Shown here: positions 24,479 through 37,445 of the stretch, in pieces
How the letters are laid out: every line of letters begins with the position of its first letter
Position numbering within the stretch: position 1 is the stretch's first letter
Assembly (NCBI GenBank): GCA_030704615.1
Contig: CM060732.1
Span: 7,316,001-7,380,000 of the forward strand
Direction: 5' to 3'
Length of the DNA stretch: 64,000 nucleotides
From: Takakia lepidozioides
Taxonomy: Eukaryota; Plantae; Bryophyta
The notes under the pieces: model-generated
What the model was told of the DNA's origin: nothing
Seen by the model: the letters and a program-made list of their open reading frames with translations, nothing else
Databases searched by the model: none
Made by a program: the position numbers and the translations under genes

Positions 24479-24987
24479 CCTTGAAAAAGAGCAGCGCGGT
24501 GGCTGGAAGAAGTTCAAGCAAACGCTGCAATTCCTCACAAACACTCCAGGGCACATTTAAATTTCCCCCTACAGGAACCTGCACGGATGAAGATTGGCTG
24601 CTCCATGAATGTAGCCGTTTCAGTTTCCTTCCCTGCCATGCAAACTATGCGCAGTAAGTGCCAGGTGGGCCTATAGCCACTCGAGACGACGAAGTCCATC
24701 CCCCCTTCGATGTAAATGCGGCGCCGAATTTCCATCCGGGGGATGGACTTCGGTGGCATATTTCAAACTATACCCCGTGGATGAGAAAGAGGTATCGGTT
24801 CATCCACCGCTGGCGTGATGAACATGTTACACGATGATTGGTGGGTACGTGGGACCCAGATGCTCCATTATTGGAGCCCGCACTGCTCTTCCCCTTCTCA
24901 TCATTTCGAAAATCTAAGGGCTTCGTTGCTGTCTGCAAGGTCATTGTCATCGGCATCAAAGACGTCCTCAGGTCCTCCTTTGCAAGG

Positions 24988-25551
24988 ATGTCGTGCTTCC
25001 GGAACCGGGACGACTGCCCTTATGGAGGCTTTGATTATGCAATGTATTCGGCCACATCGGGAGACATCGTTATCTGGTACACAGATTACACCGAAGATAC
25101 TGGTTCGAATGTGGAAACATTGTCCGCTTTTGAGTATATCTCAGGCCACTACGCCTTCGAGCGGGGTGACGATCTTGGTCTGAGAAGTCCGTGGCTCCTG
25201 CGCATCCTTGATTCCGATTTTCCCAGCTACAACGGGCACCCATGCAGAAGAATGCGCACTGCTATGCTGTTGCGGTGGAACTGCTGCCAGTGGACGTGGG
25301 TGGACTCCATCGGAGAGACGTATACTCCCGAAGGAGTGCGCTCCTCTTCTCCATTGTATGGGGACATTCGCATTGGTGTGGACGACGAAAATGTGAAGCT
25401 TTCCATATTCGATGGTGGTATGATTGAAGGGCACGACATTGTGATGAACATCAACAGGGGCGGTACAACGGCTGCAATCGAGTTTATCTGGAGGAGCCCG
25501 ATGACTCATGAGCTAGTTCTCAGAGCAGTCGAAGTCCCATTGACAACGTGA
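24988..25551 (+). CDS. Hypothetical cargo protein, 'RWNCCxWT' family
   Basis: Open frame from MSCFRNRDDCPY; divergently oriented paralogue of the previous ORF. Confidence 0.75.
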   Translation: MSCFRNRDDCPYGGFDYAMYSATSGDIVIWYTDYTEDTGSNVETLSAFEYISGHYAFERGDDLGLRSPWLLRILDSDFPSYNGHPCRRMRTAMLLRWNCCQWTWVDSIGETYTPEGVRSSSPLYGDIRIGVDDENVKLSIFDGGMIEGHDIVMNINRGGTTAAIEFIWRSPMTHELVLRAVEVPLTT

Positions 25552-26686
25552 CTTGTATTCAGAAGGCACAGGGCTAAGGATTTGTTTGCACAATCAGCAC
25601 AGTAGACGTGCTTCAAATGCAATTCAGTGGATCAATAAAAACCCCATTGTGCCCTTTTTTTGTTCTATTTTGTATCCATCGTTCCCAGAATGCATCATTC
25701 CTCATTTCGTTTGGGATTGGGAGTGTGGGTGGATTTTGCAAGTGGCTGGTAGGCTGAAATGGGCCCCCATTGTACAGCAGTACCACCCTACCATTCGCGA
25801 AACATTGCCTTTCAATATGTAATTCTAAAAAATATTTCCGAACCTCCTTCATCGGGAGGTCCTTCTCCTCCTATGACCGTGACACCCTAAACCCTATTCC
25901 CGCGGACACTCATTTCCGAAAAATAGTCTTGCTCATGTTTTTTTCGACACTTACGACTCTGCTCATGGCTCATGCCGCTCATGGCTCATGGCTCATGAAA
26001 TAGCAGCCCCCCAGTGGCGGCAATATCATAGCCCCCACAGCAGGTGGCTGTGCAGGTGGCTGACACTGTTGATACCATGGCAATGCCACAGTCTGAGGTT
26101 TGGGGGGATGCTGCTTTTAACCCACCTAGGACTCCTGCTGCATTTGAGTACAATCGGGCTATGATTATGCCCTTCAACCAGATTCCCATTGTGATGGATT
26201 TGGCTTGGAAGGAATTCAGTCCTCCACAGTCTTTGACACATTATTACCAGATCATGCGCATTTGGTTGCCAGTGGCAACTTGGACTAAGGTTCTTCCGAA
26301 CAACCGACCCATTGAGGATCATCACTTTGGAAGGTACTGGTCTGAGGCAGGCACCATTTTGAAAGAATAAATTGTCTTCCAGGTTGTTCATGGATACATC
26401 TATACCAAGACCAATGAGGTATCTAGTTTGGTCATGGGCTGTGGATTATACTATGCTGCTTGTTTCAATGCATGTTATCACATTGAGCAGCAGAGGATGC
26501 AATCACGATTTCTAAGATATTCCAGTGGGGATCATTGGGTCTTACCTTCAGTTCCACCCCACATGTATCTGTATGATGTGAAAGTCATGTTGCAGAAGGA
26601 TTCCCAACTTCGTTCATGGTTTAACTTGGATTGGAACAACTTGGCCAAAGAAAAATTGGGCCCTGACGATATTTTTTATAAGGGAC

Positions 26687-27535
26687 TGTCGAGCGGCTTT
26701 TACTCACCCATCCCTTCGCTATCCGAGGTGGAAACTCCAAGATAGAAGAGTTGGATATCTCTAAGCACTCAGCCCGCTCAGAACAATCAGTCATGTCCTG
26801 CAGCTAGTGAATCATGGTTGTGCTTCCTATTTGTATTCCTTCATGCCTTCATGTATCAATTTACCTTACCGTGTATACTGAAGCATCAGATTGCTTCAGT
26901 ATCTACTAAGTTCCAGTTAATCATGCATTCATTCCACAACTTCTCTCGTGTCTCTCTACACAGTATGTTTGTATCGATTTAGTATCGGATTAAGATTAAT
27001 CATGTATCATGCCTATGCCATGGTGTCTCTATTCTATCCTACTGTATATTTATACAGCTTGCATGAACTAAGCCTCCATCAAGTCATCATCTCCTCCTCA
27101 CTATTTCCCGCTCTCCGTTACGTTTCTTCCTTCCTTCCCCCAGTCGCCCACTCTAGAAGTGATCCCCTTCCCGTTGCCGCTCTCCTAACTACCCGCAAGC
27201 TGTTCTAACCACCTAACTAACTAACCGTTACCCCTGAAGTAACACGTTCCCTCTGCAGATGTCATTCCCTCACAGTCGTTCCCTGTCAATGATAACTGTT
27301 CCCCATGTATTGTGACATGTTGTGTCAAGTTGTGCCAAGCTGTGACTGGCTGTGTAAAGCTGTGTGAAGCTGTGTCGGGCTGTGACTGGTTGTGCGAAGT
27401 TGTGTCGGGCTGTGTAACCCCCCTAAAGCCTGCTGCTGCCACCCCTAATAATCCTATTGGTCTCAGTCTGCGCAAAAATTAAGGGTACCCCATAAAACCT
27501 GTAAAAGCGTCTAAGTCCCAAGCAGCCCTCTAACA
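26687..27535 (-). repeat. 3' LTR of element B
   Basis: TG...CA ends; preceded on the minus strand by PPT gagagggtgaggagtaa (27536-27552). Confidence 0.95.
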
Positions 27536-27573
27536 TTACTCCTCACCCTCTCAAAAAGCCGTGCCCTCACGGT

Positions 27574-30500
27574 TTACTGTTTGGGATTAGCAAACCTTTG
27601 TGAGCGAGCACCCTTCTGTCGGTGAGAGTCTCGTGAAGGACTCCGTGTGCGAGCCCGAGTCCTGTCACTGGCTGATGGAGATGATTGAGCACTACCTAGA
27701 AATGTCTGACCCTCCTTTAGCTGATAACGAGGTAACCTTTCAGGCATAGGAGATCCCCGTCGTTTCTTCTCTGCCATCTGAAGTGCATAGTCCTCTGCCA
27801 TGTCAAAAGAGTCCGCTGAAGAAACAGTAGTATCAGAATCCTCGTCTCCCCGTAGGTGTTTTAATGGCCGAACTTTAAGTGGAATCCTGTGTGGCATACA
27901 ATGTGGTCCCACCATCTCTGGAAGTTTAAATTGTACAACTTATCGTAAGCGCTGGCAAGCAAAATTAATGAACGTCCTCAACTCCTTATCTGTATAGGTT
28001 AGAGGTGTGCCAATGACTTTGGAACAGTGTAAGTATTTCCATGCCTCATGTCCCTTAAAGAAAATATCCTCAGGGCTAAATTTCTGTGTTGTCAAATTGT
28101 TCCAAGCCGAATGAAACCATGAACGAAGTTGGGAATCCTTCTGCATCATAACTTTTGCATCATATAGGTACATATGAGGTGGCACTGAAGGTAAGACCCA
28201 ATGATCCCCACTGGAATAACTCAGAAATTGTGATTGCATCCTCTGCTGCTCAATGTGATAACATGCCAGAAAACAAGCAGCATAGTATAATCCACAACCC
28301 ATGACAATACTAGATACCTCATTGGTCTTGGTATAGTGTACCCATGTACACCTGGAAGGCAATTAATTCCTTCAGCATGGTACCTGCCTCAGACCAGTAC
28401 CTCGCAAAGTGATGATCCTCAATGGGTCAATTGTTCGGAAGAACCTTAGTCCGAATTGCCACCAGCAACCAAATGCGCATGATCTGGTAGTAATGTGCCA
28501 ACGACTGCAGAGGACTAAATTCCTTCCAAGCCAAATCCAACACAATGGGAATTTGGTTGAAGGGCATAATCAGAGCCCGACTGTACTCCCGTGCAGCAGG
28601 AGTCTTAGGTGGGTTAAAAGCAGCATCCCCCCATACCTCGTGGCTGTAGTAACAACAGTGTCAGCTACCTGCACAGTCACTTACTGTGGTATTGGTACCA
28701 CTGGCCCTTCTACCACTGGCATCTCCTGCACCCCTTGCGAAGAAAACTGAAAAATTAGAGTCCTGGCATGTAAATAAGTAGCCATCAGCTGCTCCTCAGG
28801 AACAAAGACTCTCTTGTCAATATTTGAACTCGGGTCATCCACCTGAGTCTGCAGGCCTTCTACATCCTCCTGTAGCTTTGCTATCCTACTATAGACATTG
28901 CCTATAGTAGTTGTGGCAATGTTCTGCACCTGCAGTCTGAGCTCATTCATCTTGCCCTGGGTGAGCTTCCGTGGTGCTTTGCCTTCCACCGGCCCTTGTG
29001 CTAACCAGACCTGCATAAGGTGGTTATCCACCAAGTCGTGTGTGGCACCCCTGAGAGTCTGCTCCTCCAAGAGTCTGTACACATCTAACTGCTGCTGTAA
29101 ACCCTCCATGTGCTTTGCATGAGGTTCAACCAGACTCGCATAGCAGCAGCCAGATTATTGGCTTCCTTCCGAGCCTTGTTAGCCACAGATAGTTCATTTC
29201 TATTGACCAGGACTGTTTGTTGCAACTCCAGGATGTACCTCTCCTAGTCAGCCTCAACCTGTCTGTATTGTTTGAAAGTATTCTCATTACGATAGAGTAT
29301 ATTCTTCATATCAACAATGAGTTTCGCTTGCTCATTATCTCTCTCTGCTTCTGCCTTCATACATCTCTCCCCCCTTGTCTGTTAACTTCTAATGCAGTTT
29401 GCTCAAGAGTAGTTGTGAGTGTAGCACATTGTATGGTCATCTTCTCATGTACTGCCTGCAACTCTATATGTAGTACATTCACTTCTTGCAACTTGCCCTC
29501 ATGCTTCACCTGCATTTGGTATACTGTTGCTTATGTGCTTCATGCAACTGTCCTGCTCGAGGCCTGCTTCAATCAAATGTCCCTTGGCCAACTGCAAAGC
29601 AGCCTTTGTGTTCTCCAACTCTTGCTGTAACTTGAGATTGACCTCCTCATCTACCTTGTTAGCACACTCAGTGGCAATTCGAGCCTCAAACTCCTTCCTG
29701 AGTTCCTCCTCAAAGCTGCCAATTGGGTAGATGGAACATGGGATTTCACATAAGTGCCCAACAAATTAAGTGTCCTGCTTATGGAAACATAAGCATGGCC
29801 TGCTGAGGGTCATCATGGTGAACTTGATGCTGTTCTCCCTGATCCTCCACAGTGTGATGCCTCACCAACCATTCAGGCCATTGCCCCACCAGATTCTCTT
29901 CCTGAACCACCTCATCCTCCACAGGTGCTGCATGTCCTATATTCTACCCCTGGTACCTCTGTCACAGGTGTGGGTATTACATGCACAATAGGGTTTTCCC
30001 TGGACAACCGCTGCACCTCTGGAATCACTGATTCCCTGACCAAGCCAAAGTTTTCATAGAGAAGGTCACCCTTCTCGGCCACGACCTGCTCTTTAGTGGG
30101 AATGTCCAACCTTTATCCTTCCAGAGCAATTGGGGGTGATGTCACAGCATGTACTAACTGTGGAACCTCTAAAACAACTGAGTCAATTGGTTGTGGTGGC
30201 TGTGGTATCAAATTGACTTCCTCTTCCCTCCCCGAACGCCGTGCTTCCAATAATAACAGCCTTCTGTGCTGTTGTGCCCCATCCTGCACAAGAGCTTGGG
30301 AAACATCATCGTGCGGTTTCCGTAAGCCAGTGGATTCTGCCACTATAGTCATACCCCCCTTTGTCTCTTAGACTGGTGTTTGCCCTGCCAGTCCACCCTC
30401 ACTGTGTGAAGAGCCCTGCTCTTCAATTGCAGTGGTTTCTGCCTCAAACACTCCCATCTCCTTACGTTCCTGAGTATCAAGTATGCAAGAATCAAGAATG

Positions 30501-31180
30501 ATTTGGGCAATGACTGGACCAGACACAATGATCGGAGACTTAGCAGCAGTGCCCTGTAACCTCTTCATCTCGTCCACCAGTCCCATTGTACATTAACTCT
30601 GCCCAAGCGACATCCTCTCCCTCAAAGCTTTCAGGATCTCCTCTGTGAATGACCTCTCAAATACTGTTGGTTCTGTTTCATGGCAACAGAACGTTCAATA
30701 TTTGGCCAACTTCCCTAAGCCCTGGGTACTCGGCTTTGGTACAAGCGTAACCTTGAGTTTTTAAAGAAACTCCCTTCTTGGAACAAATTCCCTATCCGCA
30801 ATCTTGCCCTGTGCTCATCCCACATCCACATGACCTGATGGCAAATCAAACAATTGCTGCAGGTACTGGGAGTAATTTCTATATCTACTCCCCTCACCTG
30901 AGTAACTCCCGTCTGAGGCTCAAAGTTCTGAAGAAATTGAATCATATACTGCCGATGATGCAAGGACCAGTCCTTGCGTAGCAGCCCCTCCAATCGCAAC
31001 TCCCTTAGCAGCTGTACTGCCTGCGGTGTTTGCAATTATTTGCTTCTGCAAATCGTGGTGCTCTTCACCCTGATATCCTCCATTCCCCTCACTCCTCTTC
31101 ATTCTGACAACAAAAAGCTTGTTTGCAACAGCTGAAGGAAAGCTTGCAGGGCACAGAGCATGAAGGTATGGTTGGCACAT
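27574..31180 (-). pseudogene. Accessory ORF region between integrase and 3' LTR
   Basis: Frameshifted fragments: QFLQNF...VRGVDIEITP (resembles Athila-type extra ORFs), a coiled coil, and a GCGLYYAACF domain also present in element C. Confidence 0.6.
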
Positions 31181-31879
31181 AATGGAACAGGTAAGTGCGT
31201 GTAAGCCTGTGGGGCTTGCAAGTATCGAGTGAGAGAAAATGTACTCTCAATGCTTCCGTCCTTGCGCCACTGCGTGAGAAGTAAAGCGAGTGTGTAATCC
31301 GTTACATCTGCCATAGCTACAAAACTAGTGCTTTGATTGCCCCTTCCGTCGAGACCTTGGCTATTCAGAGCCACCCCGACTCTTCCGCTCATAACACTTC
31401 CTATTTCTTGTTCTTGTTTCTTGGAGGGAACCACCTGCATGTAATTCGCACTCCTGATTGGCTATGGACTGCTTAGGTAATTTCTTAATTCCACCCCCCC
31501 CTCCATGGACATTCCCACCTGGAATGTCCAGCAAGACAGCACATGTGCATAGGTTTCCTTTTTTGTACTCGGAAAGGGTTCCGTTACCCTTACACTGAAT
31601 GCATTAATGGGCCCACAATTAGTATTAGCTACTGTACCGGGTAGGTACTTTGACGGCCCGATTTGTCCGTTTGCATGATGAGACCCTTTTTTGCAATTGA
31701 TGCAGTGCGGTATGCCACGCCTTAGTGGCCACGTTTCCGTTTTCTAAACATGCCCCCGACTTCCCCTCTCCGCGTGGCATATTCTCCAAGTTTGACTTCC
31801 AAACTTTCTCTTCACTCGATGGCCACTTTTCTAACGTTAATTCGCGTCCACCTGTTACTGACCCTATGGACTGTGTAAT

Positions 31880-32040
31880 CTGTATGGGCTGTGTTGGGTT
31901 GTGACAGGCTGTGTGGCACTGTGGTGGGCTGTGAAAGGCTGTGTGACACTGTGATGGGCTGTGATAGGCTGTGTCACGCTGTGATGGGCTGTGATAGGCT
32001 GTGTGACATTGTGATGGGCTGTGATAAGCTGTGTGACACT
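31880..32040 (+). repeat. 30-bp tandem repeat (gtgatgggctgtgataggctgtgtgacact-like)
   Basis: About 5 units; same ggctgtg core as the LTR minisatellite. Confidence 0.85.
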
Positions 32041-32269
32041 TGTACTTCCCGCCTTGGTCATACACGCTCGGCTTAATGACAAGTGCTCCATACTCCGTTG
32101 GTATCACTGGCGCAGCCTGTGACTGCTTTTGCGTTTCAACATGCAAATCGTGCTGCAATGGTTTGTCATGGATACCACTGTACCCCTTCAACTTATTGGC
32201 ATTGACTCTTCCCAGCATCTCTTTGTTAATGGTTTGTAACATGGCGGTGTTGTTATCATACATCTTCTG

Positions 32270-34582
32270 TATGACATAAGGTCTTTTCCATGGTGATTTA
32301 AGCTTAGAAGCTTTAATCTTCCCCTTCTTCTACAACCAGAGAACCAAATCTCCCGTCTTAAAAGTCTTTAATTTGCCTTCATCAAACTGTTCCTTCCTCT
32401 TCATCTAAATTCTGGTCATGTTATCAACTGCATCAGCACGTACTTCTTCCACGTGGTATAATTCATGTTTCCTGACCTTAATTGAATCTTCCAATTCCAT
32501 TCTCTTTCCCCATTCAGTTCTCATGGTAGGTAACAAGAATTCCACTGGAAGTAAAGCTTCCATACCATAAACTAATTGGAATGGTGTATACTTAGTGGTG
32601 ACTTTATATGAAGTCCTGTATGACCACAAAGCTGTCAGCAGCTTTGTATCCCAATCCGTTCTGTTTGCATTGACTATCTTAGCCAAGATAGTACATAGTA
32701 TTTTGTTGGTAGCCTCTGCCTGCCCATTACCCTATGGGTAATATGTTGTACTCTTCCTACGCACAATCATGAACTCTTTAGTCAATAGTTCAATGGTCTC
32801 ATTAATGAAGTGACTTCCCTGGTCACTGATAAATTCCAGAGGACAGCCAAATCGTGTAAGTATGTTCTCATACATGAACCTTGCTGTGGACTTGGCTGTG
32901 TAGTCCCTCAGAGCTTTAGCTTCCACCCACTTCGTAGTATAATCAGTGGCTGTAATTATATACTTGTTCTGAGTATTCTTGGCTGGTGGGTTAATTGGTC
33001 CAACAAAGTCTAGTCCCCATTTCTGAAATGGTTCAGTAGGCATCGTAGGATGCAAAGCCATCTTCCCAGATGACTGCAAAGGTCCTAGCCTCTGACATTC
33101 ATCACAACTCTGACAATACTTGTGTACATCTTTGAACAAAGTAGGCCACCAGTAACCTGCAAGTAGTATCTTCCTACTGGTAGTCTCTTCTCCAAAATGA
33201 CCTCCAGCCACTCCTTTATGAACTTCCTCCAAGACTTTATTTACTTCATGGTGGTACAAGCATCGTTTAAGTACTCCATCAGGTCCTAGCTTATACATTC
33301 TGCCCCCTACCATAGTATAAGGTAAAGCCTTGATAGCGATTCTCTTCCTCTGCTCCTTACCATAACTAGGTGGGCACTGACCATGAGTAAGGTAGTATCT
33401 GATTGGCCACTGCCAATCTAACCATTCATCTGCACTTCCCTGCACCTCCATTGCAAATAAACTCGCATCAGGTAATTGGTCGTCTACTCCTGTGGCGGGG
33501 TAGAAAGAGTAGCAAATGGGGAAGCCAACAAGGACTCTTTTGGCACTGGAGGGGGTGTGAGTTGTTAGGCATGACAAATGATCTGCCACAAGATGCAAAC
33601 GGCCAGGCTTGTAAACAACTTCGAACCCAAACTCGTGCAAGATTATTAACCACCTTGCTATCCTTCCACTTATCAAAGGTTTGTTCACCAGATATATCAG
33701 AGCCTGGTGATCCACATAAAACATAAACTTTCTTCCCAATAGGTAATGCCTGAATTTCTTGACTGCATAAATCATTGCCAGTGCTTCTCTTTTAGTTGTG
33801 CTATAATTCCTTTCAGCACTGTTCATCAACCTGCTAGCATAGTACACAAGTGAATCTATATTTCCTGTAACATTTTGGGCTAACAGTGCTCCCAACGCTT
33901 CCCCTGAGGCATCACAGTGAACATGAAATACTACATGCCAGTGAGGGTTAATCAACACAGTTGTAGTTGTTACTGACAATGTAAGTTCCTCAAAAGCTTG
34001 TTGACATTCAGCTGTCCATGCAAACATTGCATCTTTCTTCAGAAGCTTGCTCAATGGTGCTGCTATCTGTGCATACCTTTTGACAAATCTTCTGTAATAA
34101 CTGGTTCGTCCAAGGAATCTCCTTAGACTCTTAACATTTACTAGTGGTGGAGAGGCTTTAATGGCCTCTATCTTCCTGGGATCCACAAGAAGTCCCCTCT
34201 TACACACAACGTGTCCCAAAAGCACCCCTGAGTTCACACAGAAAGTACACTTCTCTGGATTCAGGCCCAGACCTCTCATCCTACATCTGGCCAAACATAA
34301 CTCCAATTTATGCAAGTGCTCATTCTTAGAGCTGTACACACTGAAATCATCCAAGAACACCTGCATGAAATCATCCAGATACTCATGAAAAGATTCATTT
34401 ATCACTCTCTGAAAGGTTGCTGGTGCATTACAAAGTCCAAAAGGCATGACTTTGTATGCATAAGCACCCCAGTCTGTGATGAAAGCTGTCTTTCCCTGGT
34501 CTTCTTCTGCCACTTGCACTTGATTATAACCACTGAAGCCATCCATGAATGAGTACATCTCATGGCCTGCCACAGTGTCCAA
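32270..34582 (-). pseudogene. pol: Gypsy pol: RT C-part, RNase H, integrase
   Basis: DGFSGYNQ, MPFGLCNAPATFQR, FLDD, CDAS, YVDH, H...GHFG...CDECQ, WGLDFVGP, SDQGSHF. In-frame stops present. Confidence 0.95.
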
Positions 34583-37445
34583 GGGGGCTGCTATTTCATG
34601 AGCGGCATGAGCATAAGCGGGAAAAAAAAAAATATGGGCGGACCGAATTGTGTCCACGGAAATAGGGTTAGGAGGCACGGAAATAGGGTCATGTGGACTC
34701 GTCATAGCAATGAAATACAACATTTTATTGCAAATTTGGTGGCAAGCCACGTCTATACAAGTGTGTCCTAACTGTCATAGCAGGAATGAGAACTACTCTC
34801 CTACACCTTCCGAGGAACTTGGCCCTCCTTCTTCCTCATCCCCCTCATCCCCCCCATCCTCCGAGCTCTGTGATGCATCGGTTGCAATATGCCTCTCAAA
34901 AATGCCGTCCTCTCCTTGGGGGACTGTCCACCTCACCTCCTGGGAATCTTCTGCCTCTTCTCCCCCACTTTCCTTAGCAGAATCCAACACAAATCTACGA
35001 GCCCGACGGGCTCTAATAGCTGCTGCCTCCTCCCTCATCTTCATTTTCTTGAGGCTTGCCTCGTCTAAAATCTGTTGTACACGACTAGGTTCGGAACACC
35101 TCCTAATGGACACCGAAGCAAGCCGGGCAGCATAAGTAGGAAGGATGTAGTCCCTTTCTAGACTAGGCATGAAATCCCCCCTGGCAAAAAAAGACACGTT
35201 CCTCCTGCCCATGAACTCCGGTGTAGACGTCCCTCCTGCCGTACTTGGCATCCTACAGTAAGAACAAATCCACTTCAAGAATGTCAATACCAGCAGAAGC
35301 AGAAAGGGTTTTCAATGAAATAAGAGAGCGAAGGGAGGTGCCTCACAAAATCTGGAGGCAACTTACAATGCAACCACTCACTCGTACACCGGGGGCTCCT
35401 CGGCCTCGATCCCAACTTGTTCCTCCCCCTGCTCCTTCTCGGATTATTCCTCATCCTCCGAGGATACCTCTTCCTCTTTTGGCAGACGTTCAGCCGCTGC
35501 AAGTTCCGAGTTGTGGAGGGCAGTATCTGGCTCGAAGGCGAACACATGTCTGTCGGACAACGTCCCTGCCCACATTGAAGCACCTGAGGAACAAAGCGGG
35601 CGGTTAATAGCTTGCGGCATGCAATTGCAATCGGGCCAGGGGACAAACTGAGCACGTGAAGGCTTACCCGTGCCGCATGTGAGGTCCAGAATCCGCCCTT
35701 GGACATTTGAGCACGTCTCCATGAGGGTTTGGATGAAAGCAGGGCTCGAGGAACATAACGAGCCATCTGTAGTAACGCAGTACAACATACCCATTGTGGA
35801 GAGTGTCGGAGTCACAGTGGAGAATTGCAAGGACATTGCAGGCATTTCGAGGGAAGTGCTGCGCCATTCGGGTGGATACGAGAGCACGCTGTGGTGAGAT
35901 GATTCGGAGGAACCCACACGGTGTTGTACCTGTACCTTGTTTCAGCGGCAGATTTTTTACTCCCACATTTGCTCACGCCACAACGCAGACGTTTTGGTTC
36001 TGTAGGCACGACATAATGACCTGTGTATTTGGCAAGCCCAAATACGGGATTCAGGGAATGCCGGAGCCTCCGGGTGTCTAGCCTGTTGCACTGGGTTGCA
36101 GCCTCTCTCAGAATGAGGCGGATGCTCTATCTGCAGCAGGATTTCGTATGGTGCAACGCACAGACATCCCGGCCCACGCATTTCCAGTTCCTCAGACCCA
36201 GCCATTGCAGACTGCTCGGTCCAGTAGAGACAGGTTGGACAATTCTGCACATCCCACAATGCGATTCAGAAGAGTGAAGAGACGACACCCTCCCAACAAG
36301 TTGAATGAGACTCGGATTGCCAATGCTCTTGGGATGGCTTGCACTATTCAGAGCTCCGTGGACGTACCTCCACCCGGCCTTGGGCGTGTTTATCGGATGG
36401 CAACGGCCGGCTCGGCTGTACGCGACGATGTATACACAATTACGATTGGAGTGGAGCCGACTTGCAATTGTACAGACTTCTCGTTGATGGATGCAAATAA
36501 GGGTTCAAAGTATTATCCGTGCAAGCATCTGTATTACATTTACCTGAAGAGGTTGAGGATGAACGTGACCATTGATGACTTTATTCATGCACCGGCGTTG
36601 AGCGTGAACGAGCTGCACAAACTCCTCCTTAGGGATTCCAAAAATCATTGATGGGGCAAAGGGAATCCTCCATATGGATATTTTCAATTGCATTTTGCTG
36701 TATCAGATTTTTTTTTGCAGTGTAATGAAATGCACCCCAAAACTCCTGGAATGAGGCAATATTCCATTCAAACTGAGATCCAACAGAAGCAGTTGTGGGG
36801 ACATTTCTGGAAAAATGGCGCCGAATTTCTCTATTTTGGGCCGAAAACTGGCTAAGTCCGAACATGCACTGGTACCCCTGTGTCAGGAAAAATGGCGCCG
36901 AATTTCCCTATTTTGGGCCAAAAACTGGCTAAGTCCGAACATGCTCGGGAACGATGTCTGGAAAAATGGCGCCGAATTTCCAGTTACATGGCCCAGAACT
37001 GCCCAACATCTGTGCAATCCCCGGCACCATGTACCAAAATTCGGCGCCACATTTCCAAATTTTGGGCTTACACACCTGTCATGAGGGGACCTATAGCCGC
37101 GGAATTTGGCACCATTTTTTGCCAAAGAGACCTATTACCGCGAAATACTTCGCGATTCTTTCCGGTTACGGACCCTATTACCGCAAAATTCGACGCCATT
37201 TTTGCACATGTCGCTGGGAATTGGCATGAGCGGAAGACGAAATATCATGAGCACAACTCTCAAAACTACAATTTCCCCTTCAAGGTGCCGAATAATATAT
37301 TTGTTTTTTCTGACACATTCCATTAAATTAATGTTTTATAATGTTTTTTATTTTCGAAATTTGTACTTCTGCTCATGAAAACCGATTGTCTTGCTACTCC
37401 GCTCATGCCACTCATGCCGCTCATGCTCATGAAATAGCTAACCTC
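34583..37445. mobile_element. MULE-like transposon copy 3 (2.86-kb deletion derivative)
   Basis: GGGGGCTGCTATTTCATGAGC...GCTCATGAAATAGCTAACCTC. 8-bp TSD GTGTCCAA at 34575-34582 and 37446-37453. Removing it restores RT PLPFIEALLDTVAGHEMY. Confidence 0.96.
35752..36651 (+). pseudogene. Transposase C-terminus with SWIM finger (copy 3)
   Basis: CNCTDF...PCKH (CxC...CxH); near-identical to 39301-40210. Confidence 0.85.

Larger units (their letters stand above)
21890..26011 (+). mobile_element. MULE-like transposon copy 2 (right part only, diverged)
   Basis: Right terminus GCTCATGAAATAGCAGCCCCC ends at 26011. Carries an MTase gene homologous to 48939-50560. The left end is not in the window. Confidence 0.8.

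Noticed and set aside
32270-33500. Chromovirus or Tat classification of element B
   Set aside because: No chromodomain was seen after integrase and no additional archaeal-type RNase H.
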